Positions 1 to 8,429 of a stretch of 50,210 nt of DNA are shown piece by piece. A model generated the notes under the pieces. The model did no database searches. It saw only the letters and a program-made list of their open reading frames with translations, and was not told the origin of the DNA. Numbering within the stretch: the stretch's first letter is position 1; each line of letters opens with the position of its first letter. Made by a program: the position numbers and the translations under genes. This DNA comes from a virus. Lineage: Duplodnaviria; Caudoviricetes. The DNA lies in the IMG/VR virus record IMGVR_UViG_3300045240_000072, positions 1 through 50,210 of that record. One strand, given 5' to 3'.

Positions 1-127
1 TGGCCGGGCTTGCGGCGCGCCATTTAAGAATTGCTTGTTTCATTTCCTCGTCGGTAAAAAATTCGTCCGCCCCGAACGCTTTCCACGCCCCGATCCATCC
101 TTGGTAACCGGAAGCCAGCTCGGCGAG
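1..127. repeat. Terminal direct repeat (assembly overlap; circular or circularly permuted genome), copy 1
   Basis: Bases 1-127 are identical to 50084-50210; 127 is a common assembler k-mer; the polymerase ORF stays in frame across the join. Confidence 0.95.
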
Positions 128-1732
128 CTTGCCGACCTTTTTACGCATCGGGTGATGACCGCCGGTTTCCCGCTTGTGCCGCTCGAATTCCTCGAACGGT
201 ACGCCGGTAATTTTACTGGCCGACATTTCGTAAATTTTACCATGCGTGCGGAACACATCGATACGCCATTGCTCGCCGGCCAGCATCGCCAAACCGACGG
301 CCTCGATCGCTGAATAATCGGAGCATATGAGATCGTGGCCCTCCGCCGCAATAAGCAGGCCGCGCAACGAGCCAGACACGGCTGGCATAGCGTCGCCGAA
401 ATAATATTCAACGGTGCGTAAATCGCGCGTGTTGACCACGGCTATCGCGTCGGCAGCCGCACCAGCGGTCCATTCCGGGATCGGTTTCTTGCCTGGCGGT
501 TGCGGCATCTTGCACCAAGGGCAGACGGTATGCTGCAGGCCGAAATGTCGACCGCATCCGCATTGCAACACGGGCGGCCCGCTATTCGGCAAGTTGGTTG
601 GTTGCGGTCCGTTACCGGTCGCTCGGCCCGTGCGCGCAGCGTGGTAACTAAACAGGTCATGCAACCGGCCGGCGCGAGTCGTTTGGTTCCGCATCGCAAA
701 TACTTTTTTGACCGAAGCGGACCCAATGGCCTGACGGATTTCCAGCGCGCGGCGGCAGTCGGGCGGCAACCCTTCGGATTTGAGCATTGATTCGATTGCA
801 TCCTCGTCCATATTCGACATGTGGATACCGCGCTGATGTAGCCAATTTTGCAGTTTGGCCAGCTCGGACGCGCGTGCCACTTGGCCGCCGGTCAATTGGT
901 ATAGTTCGGCGTTATATTTCGCGTGCGCCTGTTCGATCACAGCGATGCAGGCATCAACCGATACCGTGTCGACCTGGACGCCGCGCGTGTTGATTCGTTG
1001 GTCACATATCCAGAATTCGAGTTCTTCGCCCTCAAGGTCGGGGCAACGGCTCGACGCTTCGGCCTCGGCGATGATGTCCTGCTCGTTGTACGTGTACAGC
1101 TTGGCCGCGTCGATCGGGTCGTCTTCGGGCCGGACGCGGCGGCGCGGGTCGGATTTGGTCGGGTTTCTCGGCATGCTGAATTTTTTCAACAGTCGATCGC
1201 CGTCGGCATCTTTCTGGTTGACCAGGCGCATGACCTCGGCGGATTTACCGAGCGTGCCGGGGTAGCACGAGGCCCGAGCCTTGGCCATGGCGCAGCGTGT
1301 TGAGGCGATGTGTAGCTCGGGCCAGCCGTAGCGGGGAACGCAAACCTTGTTCCAGATCCAGCGTTCAAACGCTACGTTCCAGGCTTCCAGCCAACCCGAC
1401 ATCGCCTCGAAGAATAAGTCTTCCGGGTTCGCCATACCCGGACACCAGAATCGCCGCCCTTTACCGTCTTTCAGATCGTAATAGAGGGACAGCACTTCCG
1501 TGCTCGGGTGCTCGGCATAGACCGCCGCGCCGACGACCGTCAAGCCTTTTTTCGTTGCACCGGGCGGGCAATCCCACTTTTGCGTTGCGTCGTTCCATAT
1601 TTGGCCCGCTTCGCTGTACGTCTCGAAGTCGAAATCCGGCATCACCGTGGCCACGCCCATACCGGCGAATAGGCGCGTGCCGGCCGAAAGTTCCTGGACG
1701 GGACGTGGGGGTGGCGGTAAATTATTCGTCAT
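1..1732 (-). CDS. Phage family A DNA polymerase, N-terminal part (continues across the junction to 49530; ~761 aa in total)
   Basis: Partly hand-translated from ATG at 1732 (MTNNLPPP...): exonuclease motif DFDFETYS, ARTGR..G.GPQPTNLP, motif A DYSAIEA, motif B KLAELASGY. Same frame as ORF 49530..50126. Missed by the ORF track because it runs off the edge. Confidence 0.92.
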   Translation of the reverse strand, partial: MTNNLPPPPRPVQELSAGTRLFAGMGVATVMPDFDFETYSEAGQIWNDATQKWDCPPGATKKGLTVVGAAVYAEHPSTEVLSLYYDLKDGKGRRFWCPGMANPEDLFFEAMSGWLEAWNVAFERWIWNKVCVPRYGWPELHIASTRCAMAKARASCYPGTLGKSAEVMRLVNQKDADGDRLLKKFSMPRNPTKSDPRRRVRPEDDPIDAAKLYTYNEQDIIAEAEASSRCPDLEGEELEFWICDQRINTRGVQVDTVSVDACIAVIEQAHAKYNAELYQLTGGQVARASELAKLQNWLHQRGIHMSNMDEDAIESMLKSEGLPPDCRRALEIRQAIGSASVKKVFAMRNQTTRAGRLHDLFSYHAARTGRATGNGPQPTNLPNSGPPVLQCGCGRHFGLQHTVCPWCKMPQPPGKKPIPEWTAGAAADAIAVVNTRDLRTVEYYFGDAMPAVSGSLRGLLIAAEGHDLICSDYSAIEAVGLAMLAGEQWRIDVFRTHGKIYEMSASKITGVPFEEFERHKRETGGHHPMRKKVGKLAELASGYQGWIGAWKAFGADEFFTDEEMKQAILKWRAASPA

Positions 1733-1807
1733 CCGGCAAATACCCTTCAATGTCTTCCAAACGTTTCACCCCTGCGGGCAATACCGGTTTTGCGCCAGGG
1801 CGAAATT

Positions 1808-2029
1808 TCAAATAGCCGACAGGCAGCCCGAAGTCACGGCGTTGCGCTCGAAGTCGCGTATACCATCCGGGCTATCGGGCGACGGATGCGTCGCCCGATA
1901 GCCCATGACAAGCGCCACTTCCATCTCGGTAGCAGGAGGCGGACAATCTCCCTCGTAGATGTATTTTTCCGGCCCTTGGCCGGTCGTCTTCCAACCTCTA
2001 CCAAATGCGTAACGTTTCGCTTGTTTCAT
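1808..2029 (-). CDS. Hypothetical protein (MKQAKRYAFGRGW...), possibly frameshifted
   Basis: ORF in the leftward operon; internal ATG at 2029 preferred because the upstream region looks like structured non-coding RNA. Confidence 0.45.
   Translation of the reverse strand: MKQAKRYAFGRGWKTTGQGPEKYIYEGDCPPPATEMEVALVMGYRATHPSPDSPDGIRDFERNAVTSGCLSAI
1869..1904. repeat. Perfect 16-bp inverted repeat with 4-nt loop
   Basis: GGGCTATCGGGCGACG-GATG-CGTCGCCCGATAGCCC. Confidence 0.95.
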
Positions 2030-2202
2030 CGTACCCAATATGGTCAATTCCCGCGCTTTCGGGCTTCCTACTTGCGGGTATCCGCCCGTTTGAACGAACA
2101 ATCCGCCGCCATGTAACATCGCTCGTGGGCTGGCGGCGGTCAGTCAGCGCGGGCTGTGTACCACGATGACCAATCGCAGCCAGGATCGGATACCCCCACG
2201 AG
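2027..2202 (-). ncRNA. Candidate structured ncRNA or cis-regulatory RNA with two pseudoknot pairings
   Basis: Complementary pairs 2041-46/2167-72, 2050-57/2146-53, 2060-64/2084-88, 2103-11/2131-39, 2122-29/2195-2202 and 2077-83/2188-94 in an intergenic gap; strand inferred from the operon. Confidence 0.55.
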
Positions 2203-2217
2203 GGCCGCTCTACTCAT

Positions 2218-2511
2218 TTATCGCCGTGTCAGGGAGGCAGCAAACCGAACGATTAGGGGCGTTTCGATTTCTGTTGTCCCGCCCCAACGGTCCTTTTTCT
2301 CGACCACACGAGGGATAGGGTTCGGCAGAGCATCCAAAAGCGCATGCAGCTGTCCGACCTCGGCCACCAAAGCGTTTTTCTCTTCTCTCGCGGAATCTTT
2401 ACTATTTTCAGAACATTTCGCGGAATTTTTTGCGTCGTCGCGTTCCTTCGTGAGTATGCGAACTTGCTCGGTCAATTCCGTAACTTTTTGAAGCAATGTA
2501 ACTTTTGCCAT
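2218..2511 (-). CDS. Small coiled-coil hypothetical protein
   Basis: 97-aa ORF with heptad-like N-terminal half; AGAGGA RBS upstream. Confidence 0.75.
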   Translation of the reverse strand: MAKVTLLQKVTELTEQVRILTKERDDAKNSAKCSENSKDSAREEKNALVAEVGQLHALLDALPNPIPRVVEKKDRWGGTTEIETPLIVRFAASLTRR

Positions 2512-2557
2512 GATTGGGTATCCTCTAAAATTATTCCGGCGGGGTCGCTCTACTCAT

Positions 2558-3499
2558 TTACCGCATGTGGCCATTCGCCACGAGTGCATCATCGGTCCAT
2601 TGCGGATCAGCCTTGAACTGCGCGTACGTGTACGTCGGATTCAACCACATGCGACCTGGCGGCAATCCGCCTGGCGCTGCAGGTGGCGCGGGTGGTGCGA
2701 CCGGCGCGCTAGGTGGCGGCGGAACCTGAACGAAGCTCGGCGCCGGATGCACGGGCACCGGCGGCGTGACAGGGGCCGCAGAGACCGGGGCGACGGGTGC
2801 CGGCACAGCAGGGGAGGCAGACGCCGGCCCTGGGGCCGGCGGTAGGTTTGGGAGTGTGGCGACTCCGACCGGTACAGCACTTGCGCCGGGCGGCAAGGAT
2901 GTGGCTCCGAATGTCGCATCTGCCAGGCTCGGACCTTGGATGATTTCCTCGCCATAGGCAATGCGGCAAACAATGGCCGGATTCCAGTACAGGCCGGGCG
3001 ATTGACTCGGCTTGTTGTCTATGACGGAAACGAGGACTTGCACGTAGTAGCCGGGCTTGATGGCTTGCGGTTCCATGATGAATTCGGGCGCGGCCCCGTT
3101 CAATGCGGCGGCGCGCGGCGCTTGGGCCGACGACATCCAGATCACCCAATTGCCGGGGTAACCGATACTGTCGCACGGTTTCTTGCCGCGCTTATTCGGA
3201 ATCTGGCTATCGCCGTCCGTGATCTTCCACGCGAAATCAGGGCGTTGCGTTTCGCCGTTGACGAATGCGGCGTGCGCCAGCGCCCAGATCGGGCCGCCCC
3301 ATGGTTCGTTGGCCCAGTGCGCGCAGCCGGGCGTTTTGGGGATGGCCACGCCTATGCTGAAACGCTGCGTCGGTTGGCCCGCGTTCTGGCCGGATTTGAT
3401 GACGAGCGGCTTGCCGTCGTAATCGGTCGTCTCCGTCGTGTAAAGCGATCCGCCGATAAGGCGACCGGTCGGGGTGGTAAATTTGTGAGCATTTGCCAT
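2558..3499 (-). CDS. Single-stranded DNA-binding protein (DUF2815/T7 gp2.5-like) with Pro/Ala-rich tail
   Basis: TPTGRLIGGSLY, WKITDGDS, IKPGYYVQV and PGLYWNP motifs; lies between the Cas4-like nuclease and the polymerase. Confidence 0.75.
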   Translation of the reverse strand: MANAHKFTTPTGRLIGGSLYTTETTDYDGKPLVIKSGQNAGQPTQRFSIGVAIPKTPGCAHWANEPWGGPIWALAHAAFVNGETQRPDFAWKITDGDSQIPNKRGKKPCDSIGYPGNWVIWMSSAQAPRAAALNGAAPEFIMEPQAIKPGYYVQVLVSVIDNKPSQSPGLYWNPAIVCRIAYGEEIIQGPSLADATFGATSLPPGASAVPVGVATLPNLPPAPGPASASPAVPAPVAPVSAAPVTPPVPVHPAPSFVQVPPPPSAPVAPPAPPAAPGGLPPGRMWLNPTYTYAQFKADPQWTDDALVANGHMR

Positions 3500-3512
3500 T
3501 TGGTAAATCCTT

Positions 3513-4652
3513 TCAGGTGGTAGGGAAAGACTTCAGTAATTCGTTGGTAGATTCCGGTACCAATTTCGGCGAGCCGGGCGGAAAAAAACTGTACTCGTCG
3601 ATCAGTTCGCGGGGTATGCCGGCTTTCTCCGCTTGCTTGGGTGTTAATAACGCCGGCTTGCGCAAATCAACGCCGAACATATCGCCGAGTGTGGCGATCT
3701 CCTGCGGCGGTCTGCCCCATGCTTGTCGACCCTTCGTGTACTCAATTGCATAACCCCGGACCCGTTCGCCGCGTTGGATCATTGAGTGCGCCGATTCCTT
3801 TAAGCCCGAGATACGGCCTTCGAGTGCGGCCTGGGCGCGTTCCAGCATGGCCAACTCGGCACCGGTTTGCATCGGCGTCAAGTCGACCGGTGTGCTACGC
3901 ATGGCCAGGTCCGCCGCTTCCAATGCGGTGCGCTGGTACGGCTCGCAGGCGTGGCGCCCGGAGCAATGCTTGCACTTCGGGTTCACTGTCGCGACCGGGT
4001 TCGGCTCATGCGCGGCTTCAGCAGCCATGCGCAGCTTGTTGACGTGGCCACGTAGTTCACTGGCGCGCACCGTGACGCGGCGGACCGGCTCGCGCAGGTA
4101 GCAACGGGGTTGAACGATAACCATATGCACCACGACGTGTTGATCGTCCTCCCCGCGCAACCCGAACCATTCGATTAATCCGGCCACATAGTCCATCAAT
4201 TGCCAGTTCTCGTATTCGTCCACGTAGTCATGTCCGAACTTGTAATCTATACAGTGTATGACGTGGCGTGAATCTCGAAAGTACGCGGCAAAATCAGGCG
4301 TTCCCCAGTTGTTTGCATGTACTCGGGAAATCGGAATTGTTTGCTCTACGAGCGGGTGGACTTCCGCACCTGAAGGATTCGAACGGGCCAATTCCTCGTG
4401 TACCGTATCGTAAAACAATTGCGCCCCGTCGCACATTTCATCGGTCAGCACAACCCCATTCGGCGCGATCAGACCGGCGTCAATCGGTTGCCCGGCGAAC
4501 AGTTGTTCGAACGCCCAATGTGCGGCGGTTCCCTCCGTTGCGGCAATTGAGTCTTCCGGCTCGGGATATCGTTGCCACATGCTCGGGGCGGCGGCGCACT
4601 TGACCCATATCGCGGCGCTGGACGGCGGAAGGAATGCGTGATTGCCGCTCAT
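3513..4652 (-). CDS. Cas4-like PD-(D/E)XK exonuclease (DUF2800 family)
   Basis: HAFLPPSSA, EGTAAH, WGTPDF, IDYKFG, NWQLMDY, IVQPR and CKHC..C motifs; ATG overlaps the upstream stop. Confidence 0.85.
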   Translation of the reverse strand: MSGNHAFLPPSSAAIWVKCAAAPSMWQRYPEPEDSIAATEGTAAHWAFEQLFAGQPIDAGLIAPNGVVLTDEMCDGAQLFYDTVHEELARSNPSGAEVHPLVEQTIPISRVHANNWGTPDFAAYFRDSRHVIHCIDYKFGHDYVDEYENWQLMDYVAGLIEWFGLRGEDDQHVVVHMVIVQPRCYLREPVRRVTVRASELRGHVNKLRMAAEAAHEPNPVATVNPKCKHCSGRHACEPYQRTALEAADLAMRSTPVDLTPMQTGAELAMLERAQAALEGRISGLKESAHSMIQRGERVRGYAIEYTKGRQAWGRPPQEIATLGDMFGVDLRKPALLTPKQAEKAGIPRELIDEYSFFPPGSPKLVPESTNELLKSFPTT

Positions 4653-4846
4653 AGCCCGCCTTTCGACGCGCCGAGACGGACTTTTCCGCACGCGCATTTA
4701 TATTGTCCCCGCGCCGATATCCTCACGCTTGACCCGTTCGGGCCGTGCCGCTCGTTACGAATCGTCACGTCACGAAACCATTCGTACTTATGCTTTTTGC
4801 CGGTTACCGAACAAGGCTCGGGCTTTGGTTTGTCAAGATAGTTCAT
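4649..4846 (-). CDS. Small Cys/His-containing hypothetical protein
   Basis: 65-aa ORF with ATGA coupling; C..H and CAC motifs. Confidence 0.65.
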   Translation of the reverse strand: MNYLDKPKPEPCSVTGKKHKYEWFRDVTIRNERHGPNGSSVRISARGQYKCACGKVRLGASKGGL

Positions 4847-5055
4847 GCCGCCTCACCCGCAAGCCATTTCATGTACTGCGCGCCAATAATGCCCGCTTCA
4901 CCCGCGTTCAATTGCTCGGCGGTGAAACCGGTAATCTTTTCGTGCGAAATCCAGCAGCCCGCACCGAACTGTACGCCCTCGGTTCCGACGAACACTTCCC
5001 GCTTACTCGGCCCGTCCTCGGGGTATCCGACACACTCGACGCACTGGCACGTCAT
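4843..5055 (-). CDS. Small hypothetical protein (N-terminal CxCxxC)
   Basis: 70-aa ORF, ATGA-coupled on both sides. Confidence 0.65.
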   Translation of the reverse strand: MTCQCVECVGYPEDGPSKREVFVGTEGVQFGAGCWISHEKITGFTAEQLNAGEAGIIGAQYMKWLAGEAA

Positions 5056-5903
5056 GACTGCACCCCAAAGATCGCGTCGTGTACCTGCGGCACAAGATCA
5101 GCGCGCGGGGCCAACGCCGGCAAGTGCGGGAACCCGAACCGCTGCAATACCGCGTCGACATGCTCTTTCGTAATCTGGCCAGACGTAAGTGCGGCCGTCA
5201 CTTTTGGCATAAGCTTGATAAACGTCATCGGGCCTGCAGGCGCGGCCGGAACGCCAGGTGGTGGGGGCGGTGCGCCGGGTACGGGCGGCGCTGGCGGGGC
5301 GGGGATCGCCATCACTTGCCGCAATTCAGCGGTAACCCGTGCGATTTCCTCGTCCGATACGCCGCGCTTGTTACGCCATGTCGCATCGGCGTTTTGCGTC
5401 TTCGTCGACGCATGAATTCGGCTATCCCACGGCAAGCCGTTTTTATCGAGAGGGACAAGGCTCGCTTGGGGTGCGGCAACAGTGCCCGGCGCAGCGGGAA
5501 TTGGGGGCGTTACAGGCAGTAAGGATGGGGCAGCGCCAACAACCGGAACCGCCGCAGTAGATGCACCCGTTACCGTACCGCCCGATGCGTTTGGGACGGC
5601 GAAGCTCGCCAGGTCGGGATCGATGCCGGTTGACGGGTTGTCGGCCGGTGAAAGGATCGCGCCGCCGAATGCAGCAAGGTCCGACGATACTGTATGTTCA
5701 ACATGCACAGTGACCGGCAGCTTACGACGGGCACGATCCGCTTCGGCCAATTCAGCTTTAACGGTTTGCACGGCAGGCGAATCCAACATGCCCTCGGCGA
5801 TCTTTTCCGCATTCCCCGTTTGCATCACGGCGACGAACGCGGCCAGGGCGGACCACTCCCGCTCGGTCGTTTCTGCCGCATTCAGCGTTATATTAATTCC
5901 CAT
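5052..5903 (-). CDS. Replication-module hypothetical protein with Pro/Ala-rich linkers
   Basis: Motif LDKNGLPWDSRIHASTK...WRNKRGV recurs in phages with this replication module; ATG 5903 lies downstream of the promoter at 5935-5963. Confidence 0.8.
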   Translation of the reverse strand: MGINITLNAAETTEREWSALAAFVAVMQTGNAEKIAEGMLDSPAVQTVKAELAEADRARRKLPVTVHVEHTVSSDLAAFGGAILSPADNPSTGIDPDLASFAVPNASGGTVTGASTAAVPVVGAAPSLLPVTPPIPAAPGTVAAPQASLVPLDKNGLPWDSRIHASTKTQNADATWRNKRGVSDEEIARVTAELRQVMAIPAPPAPPVPGAPPPPPGVPAAPAGPMTFIKLMPKVTAALTSGQITKEHVDAVLQRFGFPHLPALAPRADLVPQVHDAIFGVQS

Positions 5904-5934
5904 AATTTCATCCGATTGGTTAGTAGGAAGTCGT

Positions 5935-5963
5935 AAGATATGATACATTAACTAAAACGTCAA
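5935..5963 (-). promoter_or_regulatory. Sigma70-like promoter of the leftward replication operon
   Basis: TTGACG-17 nt-TATCTT on the minus strand. Confidence 0.7.
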
Positions 5964-5979
5964 CAGGAATTTTTCAAGT

Positions 5980-6333
5980 ATGGAACTTACCGTAGAGATT
6001 TTACAAAACATGGTGGCGGAACTCCTGAAAAACGCGCCGCCGAAACAGAATTTAATAGTTCATGCGGGAACGGCGTATTTGCTCGATGACGTACCCGATC
6101 CGTATTTTATTCCACTCGATATCCCGAAGTTTGAAATCACGCCACGCATGCCCTACCTCGGGACATATGGCACTATTATCGCGGACCCGATGTCGATGTG
6201 CCACCTCGTCGACGCAAGCCTGGTGCCCGACGCCCGACCGATCCGCCTCAGTTTGCGCCACTACCTCAAGCATTACGGCTACCGCATGTATACTGCGATC
6301 AAACGTCAACGCCGCGAGCGCGCATGTCGGTAA
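5980..6333 (+). CDS. Hypothetical protein
   Basis: 117-aa ORF overlapping the helicase start. Confidence 0.55.
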   Translation: MELTVEILQNMVAELLKNAPPKQNLIVHAGTAYLLDDVPDPYFIPLDIPKFEITPRMPYLGTYGTIIADPMSMCHLVDASLVPDARPIRLSLRHYLKHYGYRMYTAIKRQRRERACR

Positions 6334-8126
6334 CGTTACGCCTTTACCAACAACGTCTAGACGACGATATCTCCATGCACTGGGCGGCCGGTCACCGCGT
6401 GGTCATGGCCGTCGCCCCGACCGGGTCCGGGAAGACCGTCCTGTTCTCCGAAAAACTACGCAAGCATAACGGTTCGTGTTGTGCCATCGCGCACCGTCGC
6501 GAACTGGTCGGGCAAATGTCGCTTGCACTGGCACGCAACGGCGTGCGCCATCGCGTGATCGGCCCTGACAAAACCGTCAAAGCATGCCAGCGCCTACAGA
6601 TCCGAAAGCTTGGCCGGCACTTCGTCGATCCGAACGCGCGGTGTGCAGCCGCCAGTGTGGACACCTTGATCAACATGAACCCGGCGGATCCGTGGCTTGG
6701 CCAAGTGACGCTATGGATCGGCGACGAGGGACACCACTTTCTAAAGGTGAACAAGTGGGGCAAAGCCGTCGCGCTATTCACGAACCCGGCGTGCCGCGGC
6801 TTGTTGGTCACAGCGACGCCGACCAGGGCCGACGGTAGAGGACTCGGCGCCGATAACGACGGACTGGCGCATGCGCTGGTCGAGGCACCCGGGCTGCGCG
6901 AATTGATTCACATGGGGTACTTGACGGATTACCGTATCTTTACGCAACCGTCCGATGTCGATTATTCAAGCGTTCCGGTCGGGCCGTCCGGCGAACTCGT
7001 TCACGCAAAACTATGCGAGGCGGTTCACGCATCGGGTACGTTCGTCGGCGATGTGGTCAAGTCATACCAGAAACACGCAGCCGGCAAACTGGGCGTTACG
7101 TTCGCGGTCGATGTCGAATCGGCGAGCGAGATCGCGGCAGCGTTCCGGGCGGCGGGCGTTTCGGCCGAGTGTGTGCATGCGGGGACGCCAGACGACCTAC
7201 GCGCCGATATTTTGGCGCGGTTCGAACGGCGCGAAGTGATGCAGCTCGTGAACGTGGACCTGTTCGGCGAAGGGTTCGACTTGCCGGCGATTGAGTGTGT
7301 ATCGCTGGCGCGTAAGACCGAATCGTTTTCGTTATTTGCGCAGCAGTGCGGGCGCGCGCTTCGACCTATGGAAGGGAAACAACATGCAATCATTATTGAC
7401 CACGTCGGTAACGTCTTTCGCCACGCCGTCATGCGAATGGATCCGTGGCTTGGCAGACCGGTTATCGACCTCTGCTACCGAATCTGGTCACTCGATCGGA
7501 AAGGATCTCGTGGTGGTCAAACCCCTGCAGATACCATGCCGGTACGGTATTGCCTCGGTAAAGACGGTATCAGAATGCTCGCCCCTGGAGTTCGAACCGA
7601 TTACGCCGACCGATCAGTCGAGGCTCTTGTACTTTCTGGAATGGCAGCGCGAACGGGCGCGGTTTGCGGCCTGCCGTTTGAGCGATTCCGACGTAAATGC
7701 CCTTTCTGCGATGAACCTATCCCCGAACCCGCCGGCCGAACCTCCCCCGAGCAAGTAGAGGGTGATCTCGGGGAGCTGGACCCCGCAACCCTTGCCGAAC
7801 TATTTGCCAAGATCGGCGGCGTGCAGACAGCGCGCATACCCGGGCACCTGGATGGCCCGGCGCGGATTGCAGCGCAGCGAAACATTGATGGCCGGCGCGA
7901 GGCGCAAGCAGCGATACAAAACGCGCTCGCCTGGTACGGCGGGTGGCTTGCGGCGCGCGGCATCGGCGACCAGGGCGAGCAATGGCGGGAGTTCTGGCAA
8001 ACGTTCGGCGCCGATGTGGCCACGATTCAAGCATTGCCCGCTCGCGGCATGTGGGAGTGGTACGGGAAAATAGGTGCGAAATTATCCGAATACGGTATTG
8101 ACGTTTCGGTCAATGCGGGTTTATAG
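6324..8126 (+). CDS. Superfamily 2 (DEAD/DEAH-like) DNA helicase with C-terminal Zn ribbon
   Basis: LRLYQQ Q-motif, APTGSGKT Walker A, DEGHH, TATPTR, EGFDLP, QQCGRALR, IIDHVGN; CPFC. Confidence 0.93.
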   Translation: MSVTLRLYQQRLDDDISMHWAAGHRVVMAVAPTGSGKTVLFSEKLRKHNGSCCAIAHRRELVGQMSLALARNGVRHRVIGPDKTVKACQRLQIRKLGRHFVDPNARCAAASVDTLINMNPADPWLGQVTLWIGDEGHHFLKVNKWGKAVALFTNPACRGLLVTATPTRADGRGLGADNDGLAHALVEAPGLRELIHMGYLTDYRIFTQPSDVDYSSVPVGPSGELVHAKLCEAVHASGTFVGDVVKSYQKHAAGKLGVTFAVDVESASEIAAAFRAAGVSAECVHAGTPDDLRADILARFERREVMQLVNVDLFGEGFDLPAIECVSLARKTESFSLFAQQCGRALRPMEGKQHAIIIDHVGNVFRHAVMRMDPWLGRPVIDLCYRIWSLDRKGSRGGQTPADTMPVRYCLGKDGIRMLAPGVRTDYADRSVEALVLSGMAARTGAVCGLPFERFRRKCPFCDEPIPEPAGRTSPEQVEGDLGELDPATLAELFAKIGGVQTARIPGHLDGPARIAAQRNIDGRREAQAAIQNALAWYGGWLAARGIGDQGEQWREFWQTFGADVATIQALPARGMWEWYGKIGAKLSEYGIDVSVNAGL

Positions 8127-8127
8127 T
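8098..8127 (+). promoter_or_regulatory. Sigma70-like promoter
   Basis: TTGACG-18 nt-TATAGT; shares TTGACGTTTnnGTnAATG with the promoter at 5935-5963. Confidence 0.6.
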
Positions 8128-8153
8128 TGCAACTCACTTACGAAGGAATCCCG

Positions 8154-8429
8154 ATGCGCTACCTGCAAATTCTCCCGCACTTGATTATTCTTGTGGCGCT
8201 TATCTGTCGGCAATATTATCGTTGGCGGGAGATGAAAGCCCGGCGGGCGTCTCGCGAGGCGGATCGGGAACAAGCGCGAATTAACGACGCCCCGACTCGA
8301 TTTCGTGCGTATGGCGCGAATCGCTCGGCCTACTATGACGAAATAATCAAAGCGCATTGCGCGGCTTTCTTGGCGGCCAACTGCGTGGCGAGAGGAGAAT
8401 TTTTCTCAATCGAAGAGGTGCCGGCATGA
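8154..8429 (+). CDS. Hypothetical protein with N-terminal transmembrane segment
   Basis: AAGGAA RBS, ATG at 8154, hydrophobic ILPHLIILVALI, ATGA coupling to the next gene. Confidence 0.65.
   Translation: MRYLQILPHLIILVALICRQYYRWREMKARRASREADREQARINDAPTRFRAYGANRSAYYDEIIKAHCAAFLAANCVARGEFFSIEEVPA

Noticed and set aside
1-127. Biological terminal repeat
   Set aside because: The length is exactly 127 (a common assembler k-mer) and it falls in the middle of the polymerase gene, so it is better explained as a circular assembly overlap
35-1815. Short ORF-track calls on both strands in the first 1.8 kb
   Set aside because: They are shadows of the minus-strand polymerase ORF that the track missed
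2050-2147. Hammerhead ribozyme (CUGACUGA and GAAA present on the minus strand)
   Set aside because: The core is not CUGANGA and GAAA does not follow the adjacent stem; the topology does not fit
3513-4652. CRISPR-Cas system from the Cas4-like gene
   Set aside because: No array or other cas genes; this is the standard phage replication-module nuclease
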